NCBI GenBank assembly: GCA_012523355.1
Contig: JAAYIR010000089.1
Location: forward strand, 1 to 63,824
Reading direction: 5' to 3'
Origin: a candidate division WS1 bacterium
GTDB taxonomy: Bacteria; Armatimonadota; Zipacnadia; Zipacnadales; Zipacnadaceae
Length of the DNA: 63,824 nucleotides
Position numbers and translations under genes: made by a program. Below, one piece after another: positions 34,567 through 44,358 of this stretch. Below the pieces are notes generated by a model. The model made no database searches, was not told the DNA's origin, and worked only from the letters and a program-made list of their open reading frames with translations. How positions within the stretch are numbered: the stretch's first letter is position 1; every line of letters starts with the position of its first letter.

Positions 34567-35583
34567 GTGGCTGATTTCCGTGCAATCGTCGTTGGCGCCG
34601 GAGGTATCTCTGGCTGGTGGTTCCCCACCCTGCTCGCTGAACAGGTCGAGATCCCGGCGGTCGTGGACCTCAACCTCTCCGCAGCCCAGGCGCGCATCGA
34701 TGAGTTCAGTCTCTCGGCAGAGGCTTCGGCCGATCTGGGCGCCATGCTCAAGAAGCACCAGCCGGACTTTGTCGTAGATCTCACCGTACCCGAGGCTCAC
34801 TGTGCCGTCACCTGCCAGGCTCTGAAGGCCGGCTGCCACGTCATCGGCGAGAAGCCCATGGCCGCCAGCATGGCTGAGGCCCGCAGGATGGTGCGCACCG
34901 CCGAGGAGACCGGCAAGCTATATATGGTCAGCCAGTCCCGCCGCTGGGATCCCAAGACGGAGCTGGTGAGCCGGATCGTCACGGCGGGCAAGCTGGGCAC
35001 ACTCGGCCTCTTCAACTGTGACTTCTACATCGGCGCGCACTTCACCGGCTTCCGCAACGAGATGCCCAGCGTCCTACTCCTGGACATGGCTATTCACCAT
35101 CTGGACCTGGCCCGCTACATGAGCGGCACCGACCCGGTCGCGGTCTACGCCCAGGAGTTCAATCCACCCGGTTCGTGGACCAAGGGGGATGCCGCCGCCA
35201 GCTGCATCTTTGAGATGACCAACGGAGTCATCTTCACCTATCGCGGAAGTTGGGTGGCGGAGGGATGCCAGACCTCCTGGAACGGTGACTGGCACTTCGT
35301 GGGAGACCGAGGCTCACTGGTCTATGAGCACGACCAGACACCTCAGGGCGAGCTGGCTACCGGAGCGGTCAACTTTGTTCGCCGGCTCAAGCCACTGCCC
35401 ATCCCCGCTGAGCGCTTGAAACACCTGGGCCCCCATGGCGCGCTCAGCGAACTGTTTAAGTACCTGCGCGGGGGAAAGGTGCCACAAACCGAGGGTCACG
35501 ATAACATCAAGTCGCTCGCTATGGTCTTTGCCGCGATTCAGAGCTCGAAGCAGAAGAAGCGAGTGCCAGTCCGAGCGCTCTAG
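34567..35583 (+). CDS. Gfo/Idh/MocA-family oxidoreductase
   Basis: FRAIVVGAGGISGWW Rossmann N-terminus and an EKPMA motif. GTG at 34567 follows AGGAG. Confidence 0.85.
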   Translation: MADFRAIVVGAGGISGWWFPTLLAEQVEIPAVVDLNLSAAQARIDEFSLSAEASADLGAMLKKHQPDFVVDLTVPEAHCAVTCQALKAGCHVIGEKPMAASMAEARRMVRTAEETGKLYMVSQSRRWDPKTELVSRIVTAGKLGTLGLFNCDFYIGAHFTGFRNEMPSVLLLDMAIHHLDLARYMSGTDPVAVYAQEFNPPGSWTKGDAAASCIFEMTNGVIFTYRGSWVAEGCQTSWNGDWHFVGDRGSLVYEHDQTPQGELATGAVNFVRRLKPLPIPAERLKHLGPHGALSELFKYLRGGKVPQTEGHDNIKSLAMVFAAIQSSKQKKRVPVRAL

Positions 35584-35698
35584 GGGCAGCAGACCTGTCC
35601 GAACCCGGGGCCATCGCGCAGCAGGGGGGGGAATAGGCCCCGACTTAGTCACACGGGCCTTCCGGCCTGTCTCATCAACCATAAGGGAGATGTGTCGC

Positions 35699-36601
35699 AT
35701 GTATGAAGAGAAGATTCGCATTGGTACGCTGGTCAACGCCGGGGAGAACCTGATCCCCTACCTGAAGGAGATCCTGCCCTACGGCTTTGAGTCCTTCTCT
35801 ATCACCTTCGGCTGGGGTCGGTGGCCGGGGCAGTTCGACCTGGCCCAGATTGCCGCCGAGGTGCGCGAAACGCTGGGGGATTCCGGCGCGGTGGTCAGTA
35901 GCGTGAGCTGTTTTGGGAACCCGCTCCTCGACACTGAAGCCGCCGAACAATGCCGAGAGGGCTTTTCCCTGCTGATTGATGCGGCGCACCTGTTCGGCTG
36001 CGACGTCGTGACGGGTTTCACCGGGCGGCTTACGGGCCAGCCCATACCCGAATCCCTGGACCGCTACGCCCAGGTCTTTAGACCCCTACAGAAGCAGGCC
36101 GCCGACCAAGGGGTGCGCCTCGCCTTCGAGAACTGCGACATGGGCGGCGACTGGAAGAGCGGCGACTGGAATATCGCCCACAACCCCACCGCCTGGGAGC
36201 TCATGTTCGATGCCATCCCTTCGGAGAACATCGGCCTGCAGTGGGAACCGTGCCACCAGATGGTCAGCCTGATTGACCCTCTGCCGCAGCTGCGCAAGTG
36301 GGTGCGCAAGATCTTCAACGTGCACGGCAAGGACGCGACCATCCTCTGGGATTGTGTACGCGAGCACGGCGTGGACGGACCCCATACCTTTGCCTTCCAT
36401 CGCACGCCGGGCTTCGGGGACAGCAACTGGACGGACATCATCTCGGAGCTGCGCCGAGGCGGCTTCGTGGGATCCATAGACATCGAGGGCTGGCATGACC
36501 CGGTATATCGCGATGAGCTAGAGATGATGGGCCAGGTAGCAGGGCTGAACTACCTCAAGACTTGCCGCGGTGGAAGCTGGGTGCCCAACCCGGAGCGGTG
36601 A
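35699..36601 (+). CDS. Sugar phosphate isomerase/epimerase (xylose isomerase-like TIM barrel)
   Basis: LAFENC, WEPCHQ, HGKDA and IDIEGWHD metal-ligand-type blocks. ATG at 35699 lies 9 nt after GGGAG. Confidence 0.85.
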   Translation: MYEEKIRIGTLVNAGENLIPYLKEILPYGFESFSITFGWGRWPGQFDLAQIAAEVRETLGDSGAVVSSVSCFGNPLLDTEAAEQCREGFSLLIDAAHLFGCDVVTGFTGRLTGQPIPESLDRYAQVFRPLQKQAADQGVRLAFENCDMGGDWKSGDWNIAHNPTAWELMFDAIPSENIGLQWEPCHQMVSLIDPLPQLRKWVRKIFNVHGKDATILWDCVREHGVDGPHTFAFHRTPGFGDSNWTDIISELRRGGFVGSIDIEGWHDPVYRDELEMMGQVAGLNYLKTCRGGSWVPNPER

Positions 36602-36701
36602 GGCAGAAGCGGCGCTGCCCGGGCAGCGCCGCTCTTCAACCGAGCCAGGAGCCATACGGCTTGCCCGGCTATTGATGACTTTGACGGTTGCGCCTCGGCG
36701 G

Positions 36702-37400
36702 CTATCCCGAGGGCGCCGGTGGCCAGTGCGCGGTGGTCTCGCAGGCTCCCGGGTTGCTGGCGGGGATGGCGAAGGGCCCTTGTCCGGCATGGGACCACTT
36801 GCCGTGCCCGTCTATGAACACGAAGTTCTTCCCGCCGTTGTGGAACATGTCCGGCAGGACATCCGGGTAGGTCTGGTTGAACCCCATCTGATTGAAGTTC
36901 TCCATCGCGGAGTCAGCCCAGTAGCCCAACGGGTAGGCGCCCTTTTCCGTCAAGAGCACCGTGTCTGCAGGGCTGGGAGGAGCATCCGCCTGAAACCCCG
37001 AGACGTAGCGCGGTAGGGCGTATGAGCGCTTGGGCCCAGCGACGGTGGGCGGGGTACCGCCGCTCTTGGTCTCATAGGGGTTGTTGGGACAGATGAAGAT
37101 CTGCGTATTCCGGACATACGGCATCAGCACCTGGTCCCAGGTATACGTCGAGAGCTGCTCCTCCTCCGTATTCCCCGGAGAGGCCGAGCTCTGCGACCAG
37201 CGCATGAAGGTCTGGTCATAGTCGTGTGCGTACATCAGCATGGCCAGCCCCAGTTGCTTGATGTTGGACAGGCACGAGGTCTGCAGAGCCTTGGCCCGGG
37301 CGCGGCTAAAAACGGGGAACAGAATCGAGGCCAGAATTGCTATGATGGCAATCACCACCAGCAACTCAATCAGAGTAAAACCGTCGTGACGCGTGCGCAT
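36702..37400 (-). CDS. Prepilin-type N-terminal cleavage/methylation domain protein, DUF1559 (H-X9-DG) family
   Basis: [25 protein letters not shown] pilin-like N-terminus, [13 protein letters not shown], and C-terminal [12 protein letters not shown] (H-X9-DG). Confidence 0.9.
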   Translation of the reverse strand: MRTRHDGFTLIELLVVIAIIAILASILFPVFSRARAKALQTSCLSNIKQLGLAMLMYAHDYDQTFMRWSQSSASPGNTEEEQLSTYTWDQVLMPYVRNTQIFICPNNPYETKSGGTPPTVAGPKRSYALPRYVSGFQADAPPSPADTVLLTEKGAYPLGYWADSAMENFNQMGFNQTYPDVLPDMFHNGGKNFVFIDGHGKWSHAGQGPFAIPASNPGACETTAHWPPAPSG

Positions 37401-37513
37401 GTCAAGGCCTCCCGGGAGACTGGAATGCGGACCCTAATCATTGTATCTGATAGACACCTGAGGTTGCAGAAAGATTCCATGTACGGGAAATATTTTCGGC
37501 TTTCTTATTGGCC

Positions 37514-37996
37514 TCATTTCTTGATAAACCGCATTTCACAGTGATCTGCGCCACCACAGGCCATTTCAGGCATCTCGAACCGGTACTGGCCCCCGAACTC
37601 CATGCACCACACACGCCCTTCGGCTGTGCATATCTCCCGGGCAATCCGCGCTCCCAACTCCTCTCGGCCGCTGTTACGCAGCAACTTGGCCCAAGGACAC
37701 TCCTGAATCACCACCCTCAACCCCTCCGCGGTCTGTTCGACCTCAAAGCCATGCCCATCCGCCGCGAATTTGAGCTGCAAGCAGCGAGCCAATTCCTCCA
37801 CTGAATTTCCCGGCTGCTGTAATAGACGTCGGGCCTCTCGCGCCTGGATCTTGGCCAACACCTCCCACACCCGCCGATCCATCTCCAGCGCCTCCTCAAA
37901 GTGCGTGGCCTCCTCCAGCTTCATGAACCACAGCCCATCCACGGCCTGATAGGAGCGCCGGAGGTACTGTACCATGATGGATTCATCTATCGGCAT
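37514..37996 (-). CDS. Hypothetical protein (ATC-hydrolase/DUF6125-like?)
   Basis: About 160 aa. VDGLWFMKLEE... with C-terminal Cys residues (CPWA...CTAEG...CGGADHCEMRF). Its ATG overlaps the stop of the upstream phosphomutase gene (TGATG). Confidence 0.5.
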   Translation of the reverse strand: MPIDESIMVQYLRRSYQAVDGLWFMKLEEATHFEEALEMDRRVWEVLAKIQAREARRLLQQPGNSVEELARCLQLKFAADGHGFEVEQTAEGLRVVIQECPWAKLLRNSGREELGARIAREICTAEGRVWCMEFGGQYRFEMPEMACGGADHCEMRFIKK

Positions 37997-39372
37997 CACG
38001 AACCTCCGCAGGATTTCATTGCGGCCCGCGCCTGCTCTCGCAACTCATTCCCGATATGATCCCGCACCTCCTCTGTCCGCCCCTCCCAGCGCAACACCAG
38101 CTCCGCGCCCGTGTTGGAGGCGCGGATCAGCGCCCAACCCTCGGGGAACTCAATTCTCGCTCCGTCCACTTCCAGCATGGGGCGTTTACCTCGGTAGTAG
38201 TCCCGTATCCGGTCTACCACCGCGAACTTCGTCTCATCCGAGCAGTCCAACCGCTCCTCGGGGGCAGTGTAATACACGGGCAGCGAGTCCACGATCCTCC
38301 GCAGTGTCTGGCCCGTGGCGGCCAGGCTCTCCAGCAAACGAGCAGCAGCAAAAGCCGCGTCATCATACTTGATGAGAGGATTGTTGAAATAGCAGTGTCC
38401 GGTAGTCTCAAAGCCCAGCACGGCCTGGGTGTCCGCGATGCCCTGTAGAATGAAAGGATACCCACAGGCGCGCATCTCAACCTTCCCCCCACGAGCCTCC
38501 ACGTCCTCAATCAGGGCGCGGGTACAGCGCACCTCCGTCACAAAGGTCGCCGGCCCCTCCTCCAGAGCCGCACGGCACAGCGGCGTGACATAGCGGTCGG
38601 GCCAGATCATCTCTCCGCTTTCATCCACCACCGCAATCCGGTCCCCGTCCGCGTCCACCGCTAGGCCCAGGTCCGCGCCCGTGGCCCGGACACGCTCCGC
38701 ACACTTGCGGATACCCTCCAGCGTGAGAGGATCGGGCGGGCGATTGGGGAAGCTTCCATCCGGGGCCTCGAACATCACCTCAAGCTGGCATCCCAGATGC
38801 TCCAACAGACGCCGTGCATTGAAGGTCCCGCACCCGTTGCCGAGGTCCAGCACTGCCCGCATGCCTCTGGCCGCCCCGGCCTGAAGTTGGCTCTCGGCGG
38901 CTGCGAAGTACTCCGGCCAGATATCTCGTTCCTCATAGAAGCCCCGACCGTCGAGGAAATCCCCTTCTACTGCCTCGCGGTACAACGCTTGCAGACTCTC
39001 GCCGTAGAACGGACCCGACCCGCGACGAATCTTCAGGCCGTTAAACTCCGGTGGCTTGTGCGAGGCGGTCACACCCAGGCCGCCGTCCGCGCCCCAGCAG
39101 TCAATCGCGAAGTACAGGACCGGCGTGGGCGTCTGCCCGATGTCGGTCACCCGGCAGCCACAGGCCTGCAACCCCTCGGCCACCCCTGCCGACAGCTCCG
39201 CCGAGGAGGTTCGCAGGTCTCGGCCGAGGAGCACATGGGCCGGTCGCTCCAGCTCCCGGCTCAGCCAGCTCCCGTAGGCCTGGGCAATCCGCCGAAAGAC
39301 CTCCCGAGATATCTGCCCTCCGATCTCTCCGCGTATGTCGTATGCCCTGAATATCTCAGCCTGAATCTCCAT
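37996..39372 (-). CDS. Phosphomannomutase/phosphoglucomutase
   Basis: IFRAYDIRGE, active-site TASHKPPEFNG (TASHNP variant), metal loop DADGDR, and a GHCYF sugar-binding loop region. Confidence 0.9.
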   Translation of the reverse strand: MEIQAEIFRAYDIRGEIGGQISREVFRRIAQAYGSWLSRELERPAHVLLGRDLRTSSAELSAGVAEGLQACGCRVTDIGQTPTPVLYFAIDCWGADGGLGVTASHKPPEFNGLKIRRGSGPFYGESLQALYREAVEGDFLDGRGFYEERDIWPEYFAAAESQLQAGAARGMRAVLDLGNGCGTFNARRLLEHLGCQLEVMFEAPDGSFPNRPPDPLTLEGIRKCAERVRATGADLGLAVDADGDRIAVVDESGEMIWPDRYVTPLCRAALEEGPATFVTEVRCTRALIEDVEARGGKVEMRACGYPFILQGIADTQAVLGFETTGHCYFNNPLIKYDDAAFAAARLLESLAATGQTLRRIVDSLPVYYTAPEERLDCSDETKFAVVDRIRDYYRGKRPMLEVDGARIEFPEGWALIRASNTGAELVLRWEGRTEEVRDHIGNELREQARAAMKSCGGS

Positions 39373-39427
39373 GTGCTTTCCTTCGCTGAATCGAGATGCC
39401 ACTAGAGCCCGTTTGCCCTTCAGCCGC

Positions 39428-39462
39428 AAAAAACGGCGCGGAAGGGGCTCTTTCCGCGCCGT
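39428..39462 (-). terminator. Rho-independent terminator downstream of the NlpC/P60 gene
   Basis: On the minus strand: ACGGCGCGGAA-agagcccc-TTCCGCGCCGT followed by TTTTTT. 11-bp GC-rich stem, located 22 nt after the stop at 39484. Confidence 0.7.
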
Positions 39463-39483
39463 CCGATACCGGTCTCGCCTTCC

Positions 39484-41217
39484 CTAATGCATCCGCCGCG
39501 CTCCTACGTAACGCGCGGCGTAGTAACGATCGTCGAGGCTAGTGATCTTCACGCCGCTGCCGGGGTTAGCGGCATGGATGAAGCGGCCTTGCCCCACGTA
39601 GATTCCCACGTGCGAGATGCCCGACCGGTAGGTGTTTTCGAAAAACACCACATCTCCCGGTTCAAGGTTGTCCCGGCTTACCGGACGCCCCTGCCGGAAG
39701 AGTCCTGGGCTTGTTCGGTTGCCCGAGATGCCGTGCTGCTTCAAGACATATTGCACCAGTCCGGAGCAATCAAAGCCCCCCGGGCGCTCCCCCCCGCGCA
39801 CATACTTGTGCCCCAGGTACTTCATTGCGGTCCGCACCAGGTTCCGCCCGGCTTCTGAGTCACCCTCGCCGCTCCCCGTGAGCCCGGCCTCCGAACCCGC
39901 GCTGCTACCCGACTCGCTGGTAGTCGCCCGGGCCAGCCGTTCTCCGCGAGTATCCACCAACCAGGCTCCAACCCACCCGATCTCCCGGTTATCCATGGCG
40001 ACCTTGTACCAGTCGCCCCGCTGTTCCAGAATAAAGACCTGTGTGCTCAGCTCCAGCGTCCCCACCCTCGGATAGTTCTCCCCCGGGCCACTGCGCAGGT
40101 TGATGACCGGACGAGTCACCCACCCCAGCTTGGCTTGGTCGCTGTCTGAACCGCCATTGCTGCTCGGTGGCGAGAAGCTAACCACCCAGCCGGCAATCCA
40201 GCCGACCTGCCCCGACGCGGTCTTGATCTTGCACCACTGATCGCGCAGCTCGACCACTGTGACCTTCTCTCCCTGCGCAAGCTGGAACTTCACACTCCGA
40301 CCGGTTCCCGGGGCCTCACGAACATTGACCGAACTGCCGTCCACCCAGGCGGTCAAGGTCTGGAACCGTGAGGACGGAGTTGAGGACGCAGAGGGGAAGT
40401 CGGCAGGCGCCGGGCTAGAGGAGGTGTCAGGCGACTTCATATACTTGCGCATCATCCAGCCGGTCGAGCCATTGTTCACTCGAACCTTGGCCCACTGCGG
40501 GCGCTTTTCGAGCACCCATAGCGTCTGGCCTTCAAGAACGCGGGCAACGATCGCCGTGCTGGTGCTAGGACCCGCCCGGAGGTTCACAACCTCTGCGTTG
40601 ACGAACGCCTTCGCCTGCTCCGCAGGTGTGGAACCGACCAGCTTGCGCCCTTCTGCAACGTCACTCGTCACCACGCCGCTGGACAGCCAGCCATAGCCGT
40701 TGGGTGTCTTGCAGCGCAGCCACTCACCCTTACGATCCACCACATACAACTTCGTGCCGGAGGGCAAAGTACCGTAGCGGCTATAGCCCAGACCGGGTCC
40801 GCTGCGCACATTGGCTGCACTCACGCTGACCCAGACCGGCGGGTTGCTGCCTGAAGCGGGAGCAGACGACGAGGAGTTCCCATTCGACTTCGCGGCCTCG
40901 GCCGCGAGCTGGCGCCCCTTATCCGCAGAGAACATGAGCAGGTCTTCGCGGATCCAGCCCCACTGGCCACTCGGTAGCTTGAGGCCCGCCCAGCCATCGC
41001 GGAACTTGACGACGAAGACCTTGGTTCCGCGGCTTGCCTGGGCCACGATCTCGTGACTGGTGCCTGGCCCCTTGCGTACCCGCGCAGTCTGCGGAATTAC
41101 CCACGCAGAGCGTACGGCGGCCCACGCATCCGTTCCCATAACGAGTGCGGCAATGCAGAGCGCAACCACCAGCAGCCATCGCGCCCAAGCGCTACGTACC
41201 CCGATTCCTGCCAACAT
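39484..41217 (-). CDS. Secreted peptidoglycan endopeptidase: five SH3b repeats plus a C-terminal NlpC/P60 domain
   Basis: Signal/TM segment WLLVVALCIAALVMGTDAWA. Five approx. 60-aa repeats of the pattern V..A.VR.GPG......G.L..G..V.V....G.W.K.....G..GW. NlpC/P60 catalytic GGFDCSGLV plus a downstream His. ATG at 41217. Confidence 0.9.
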   Translation of the reverse strand: MLAGIGVRSAWARWLLVVALCIAALVMGTDAWAAVRSAWVIPQTARVRKGPGTSHEIVAQASRGTKVFVVKFRDGWAGLKLPSGQWGWIREDLLMFSADKGRQLAAEAAKSNGNSSSSAPASGSNPPVWVSVSAANVRSGPGLGYSRYGTLPSGTKLYVVDRKGEWLRCKTPNGYGWLSSGVVTSDVAEGRKLVGSTPAEQAKAFVNAEVVNLRAGPSTSTAIVARVLEGQTLWVLEKRPQWAKVRVNNGSTGWMMRKYMKSPDTSSSPAPADFPSASSTPSSRFQTLTAWVDGSSVNVREAPGTGRSVKFQLAQGEKVTVVELRDQWCKIKTASGQVGWIAGWVVSFSPPSSNGGSDSDQAKLGWVTRPVINLRSGPGENYPRVGTLELSTQVFILEQRGDWYKVAMDNREIGWVGAWLVDTRGERLARATTSESGSSAGSEAGLTGSGEGDSEAGRNLVRTAMKYLGHKYVRGGERPGGFDCSGLVQYVLKQHGISGNRTSPGLFRQGRPVSRDNLEPGDVVFFENTYRSGISHVGIYVGQGRFIHAANPGSGVKITSLDDRYYAARYVGARRMH

Positions 41218-41410
41218 AGCACCGTGATTATACGTTCTTGACACCCCCAAAGTCAACCCGCAGGCCTCCCGCAATGCATGAGGCCCGCGCGGATGCCGCG
41301 CTCCAGCGCCCGATGCGCCACGGCTGCAGAATGCGATGCCACTCGCAGGACTCGGACCAAAGCACGAGGAACTCTCCCTCCGCCAGCCATATATTGAGGA
41401 GTGATTGCGC

Positions 41411-42124
41411 ATGACCATCCAGACCTTGCTGCTGACCGGGGCGAACAACCACGACTGGACCCGCTCCTCGCCCTTCGTAAAGCAGTTGTTGGAGGATTCC
41501 GGCAACTTCCGCGTAGACCTGACTGAACATCCGGGCGCCGTTCTGGAGAAGGCCGCCGGTCTGGACCGGTACGACCTTTTCTTCTCCGACTACTACGGCC
41601 CGGAGTGGAGTGATACAGCGAAGTCGAACTTCGAGTCTGCGGTACGCGCCGGCACCGACCTGGTTATCCTTCACGCCGCCGACAATGCCTTCCCCGGCTG
41701 GGTGGAGTACGAGAAGATGGTCGGGCTCCTCTGGCGGGAGGGCACCAGCCACGGCGCCTACCACGAGTTCGAGGTCAAGATCGTGGATCAGGACCACCCA
41801 ATCACTCGAGCCATGGGCGACTTCCGCATCTGGGATGAGCTGTATCACAATCTCATTCCACTGCACAATGTGCCCTGCCATATCCTGGCCACTGCTTTCT
41901 CCTCCCCGGACTCCGGGGGAACCGGCAAGGACGAACCGGTAATGGTGGTCACTCAGTATGGCGAGGCGCGAGTCTTCCACATGGTCCTGGGTCATGTCTG
42001 GCGTCAGGGACAGTTCGAGAACTACCCGGGCGAGAAGATGACCACCTTCGAGAATCCCCACTTCCAGACGGCGTTAGTGCGCGGGTGCGAATGGGCGGCG
42101 ACCGGAAAGGTAAAGGATCGCTAG
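41411..42124 (+). CDS. ThuA-domain protein (trehalose-utilisation-like, class I glutamine-amidotransferase-like fold)
   Basis: LLLTGANNHDW... and YHEF...DELY blocks are typical of ThuA. The ATG follows GAGGAG. Confidence 0.8.
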   Translation: MTIQTLLLTGANNHDWTRSSPFVKQLLEDSGNFRVDLTEHPGAVLEKAAGLDRYDLFFSDYYGPEWSDTAKSNFESAVRAGTDLVILHAADNAFPGWVEYEKMVGLLWREGTSHGAYHEFEVKIVDQDHPITRAMGDFRIWDELYHNLIPLHNVPCHILATAFSSPDSGGTGKDEPVMVVTQYGEARVFHMVLGHVWRQGQFENYPGEKMTTFENPHFQTALVRGCEWAATGKVKDR

Positions 42125-42208
42125 CGCGCAGGCAGCGGCGGTTGCCACGTATGGAGGACCTGCGCGTGGTGGGCGAGTATCTCCGCCTCTGGAAGGAAGT
42201 CTGAATCC

Positions 42209-43144
42209 GTGACCTCGCAGGAACGAGTCTTGACAGCCCTGAAGCACGAGGAGCCTGATCGGGTCCCTTTCAACCTGCGCCCGGGGCAGCTACACGTCGA
42301 GCGCCTGAGGGCCGAGACCGGCAGCGCGGACTTCGCGGAGCACTTCCACCACGACCTTCGCTATGTCACTCTGGACCTGCCTGCCCCGCCGGAGGAGGTT
42401 TCACCGCAAGAATGGACCCCCGTACCCTCGGACGGCGAGGTGGCCAGGGCCGCGGAGCAGACCGCGGCGCTCCAGGCTCAGGGGGTGGCGGTCTGCAGCT
42501 CTTATGTCTGCGGTGTATATGAGCAGGCGAAGGAATGGATCGGAGACGAGGGCACCATGATCGGTCCCTACGAGGACCCGGCCGGCTTGGCGGAGATGTT
42601 GGACCGCATCACCGACTGGAAGATGGCGCTGTACGGGGCCTATGTCCGCGCCGGAGTGGACCTGGTCTGGATCGGCGACGACCTGGGCGCTCAGCGCAGT
42701 CTGGTCATGAGCCCGCGCCAGTACCGCGAGTGGTACCGCCCGCGCCATGCGCGGATCGTGTCCCATCTCCGGCGGCTGCGACCAGAAATCAGAATCGTTT
42801 TCCACTGCTGCGGACACGCTACGCCGCTGATCCGCGACCTGATTGAGGTGGACATTGACGTGCTCGAGGCGGTCCAACCCGAGGCCATGGACCTGTCTCA
42901 GCTCAAGCGGGAGTTTGGCCGCGACCTGACCTTCTGGGGTGGAATCGGCACCCAGGGACTGATGCAGGGCAGCCCGGAGCGAATACGTGACACCATCCGC
43001 GAGACGCTGCGCCTCATGGCGCCAGGCGGCGGATACCTGGCCGCGCCCTGCCACACGCTCACCGAGGACGTCCCCTGGGAGAACGTCCTGGCCTTCCACC
43101 AGGCCCTGGAGGATCATGGAGCCTACCCCAACCCCGCCGCGTGA
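42209..43144 (+). CDS. Uroporphyrinogen decarboxylase (URO-D) family protein, non-heme context
   Basis: ERVLTALKHEEPDRVPF N-terminus and C-terminal GGGYLAAPCH. The GTG start follows GGAAGGAAG. Confidence 0.75.
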   Translation: MTSQERVLTALKHEEPDRVPFNLRPGQLHVERLRAETGSADFAEHFHHDLRYVTLDLPAPPEEVSPQEWTPVPSDGEVARAAEQTAALQAQGVAVCSSYVCGVYEQAKEWIGDEGTMIGPYEDPAGLAEMLDRITDWKMALYGAYVRAGVDLVWIGDDLGAQRSLVMSPRQYREWYRPRHARIVSHLRRLRPEIRIVFHCCGHATPLIRDLIEVDIDVLEAVQPEAMDLSQLKREFGRDLTFWGGIGTQGLMQGSPERIRDTIRETLRLMAPGGGYLAAPCHTLTEDVPWENVLAFHQALEDHGAYPNPAA

Positions 43145-43147
43145 CCT

Positions 43148-43813
43148 ATGCTTAAGCCCTTCACGCTAGCCCAAAGAATTGTACTCGGGGCCCTGGTGGC
43201 AATCATCCTCGGCAGTGCGAGCTGGATAGCATACCAGCGCCAGCGCCCGCTTCGCCCGGCGCCATACTCCCCCGCCGAGACCGCGCCCGTGCCGCCCATC
43301 CCGGGGATTCTCGTGGAGGTCTCCGGCGCGGTGGCCCGCCCGGGGCTGTACGAGATGCCCAGCGGCTCCCGGGTCTATGAGGCCCTCGAGGCGGCGGGGG
43401 GTTTCACAGCGGAAGCGGACCGGGACGCGGTCAAGCTGGCACCCCGACTCAAGGACGGCGATAGAATCGTGGTGCCGGTCCTGCGGCCCCCCCGCTTGAA
43501 TACGCGCAGCGTACCTGCCCCTCCCCGGCCAGTTGCACCGGTCTCCCCCCCGGCGCACGCCCTCACGGCCCCCCGGCAAGCCACTGAGTTCACTCCGACG
43601 TCAGTGGAAGCCAAATCCTCAGTGCTACCTCTCAGCCTCAACTCCGCCTCCCTGGAGCAGCTTACAGCACTCCCCGGCGTGGATGCCGAGACCGCAAAGC
43701 GCATTGTCGCCTACCGCCAGCAGCACCCCTTCCGCCAGGTCGAGGAACTGCTGTTGATCAAGGGGATCACGCCACAAGAGTTGGTGAAGCTGCGGCCCCT
43801 CCTGGTCCCCTAG
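43148..43813 (+). CDS. comEA: ComEA-family competence protein (SLBB plus helix-hairpin-helix DNA-binding domains)
   Basis: N-terminal TM segment, SLBB-like VEVSGAVARPGLYEMPSGSRVYEALEAAGG, and C-terminal LNSASLEQLTALPGVDAETAKRIVAYR HhH. Confidence 0.85.
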   Translation: MLKPFTLAQRIVLGALVAIILGSASWIAYQRQRPLRPAPYSPAETAPVPPIPGILVEVSGAVARPGLYEMPSGSRVYEALEAAGGFTAEADRDAVKLAPRLKDGDRIVVPVLRPPRLNTRSVPAPPRPVAPVSPPAHALTAPRQATEFTPTSVEAKSSVLPLSLNSASLEQLTALPGVDAETAKRIVAYRQQHPFRQVEELLLIKGITPQELVKLRPLLVP

Positions 43814-43827
43814 ATACAGCTTGCGGC

Positions 43828-44358
43828 TCAGAACCGCTCCAGGAAGTCACTGTCCGCCACGGTGCGAAGAATCTCGCCAAAGTAGCAGCGGTGGAAGTCG
43901 CCTCCCGCATACGCGCCCGCCCGTATGTCTTCGCTTAGCGCTTCGGGTACCAGGTCGTTACGGTGTACCACCTGGCACTCGTAGACAAGCCCACACTCAC
44001 CAATTCCCACCGACTTCACCACCGCGCTGGGCAGGGGGGTGAATCCACACTCAGCAAACTTGTCACGGTCCCGGCCCGACTCAGTCCCGCAGAACAGCAC
44101 TTCCTCCGCCTGCGAATCGTAGGGGATGTTAACGGTGAAGTCGCCCGTGCTTTCCAGGCAACCATAGGTGTAGCGCGAGGGCCTGACCAGTGCCACATAG
44201 ATCGGCTTCCCCCAGATGACGCCCAGGACTCCCCAGCCGATGGTCATGGCGTTCGGTCGGCCCTCTGCGTCCAGCGAGGCCAGAAGTGCGCCGTTGCTCC
44301 TCAGCGCTGCGGTGGCCTCACGCATGAATTGATCAAACGGCACCTCAATCTTCGGCAT
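43828..44358 (-). CDS. Flavin reductase-like FMN-binding split-barrel protein
   Basis: GRPNAMTIGWG and the overall Flavin_Reduct-like pattern. The ATG at 44358 is preceded by GGAGG. Confidence 0.75.
   Translation of the reverse strand: MPKIEVPFDQFMREATAALRSNGALLASLDAEGRPNAMTIGWGVLGVIWGKPIYVALVRPSRYTYGCLESTGDFTVNIPYDSQAEEVLFCGTESGRDRDKFAECGFTPLPSAVVKSVGIGECGLVYECQVVHRNDLVPEALSEDIRAGAYAGGDFHRCYFGEILRTVADSDFLERF

Noticed and set aside
41228-42061. 277-aa minus-strand ORF.
   Set aside because: It is antisense to the ThuA gene, whose start has an RBS and family-typical motifs.
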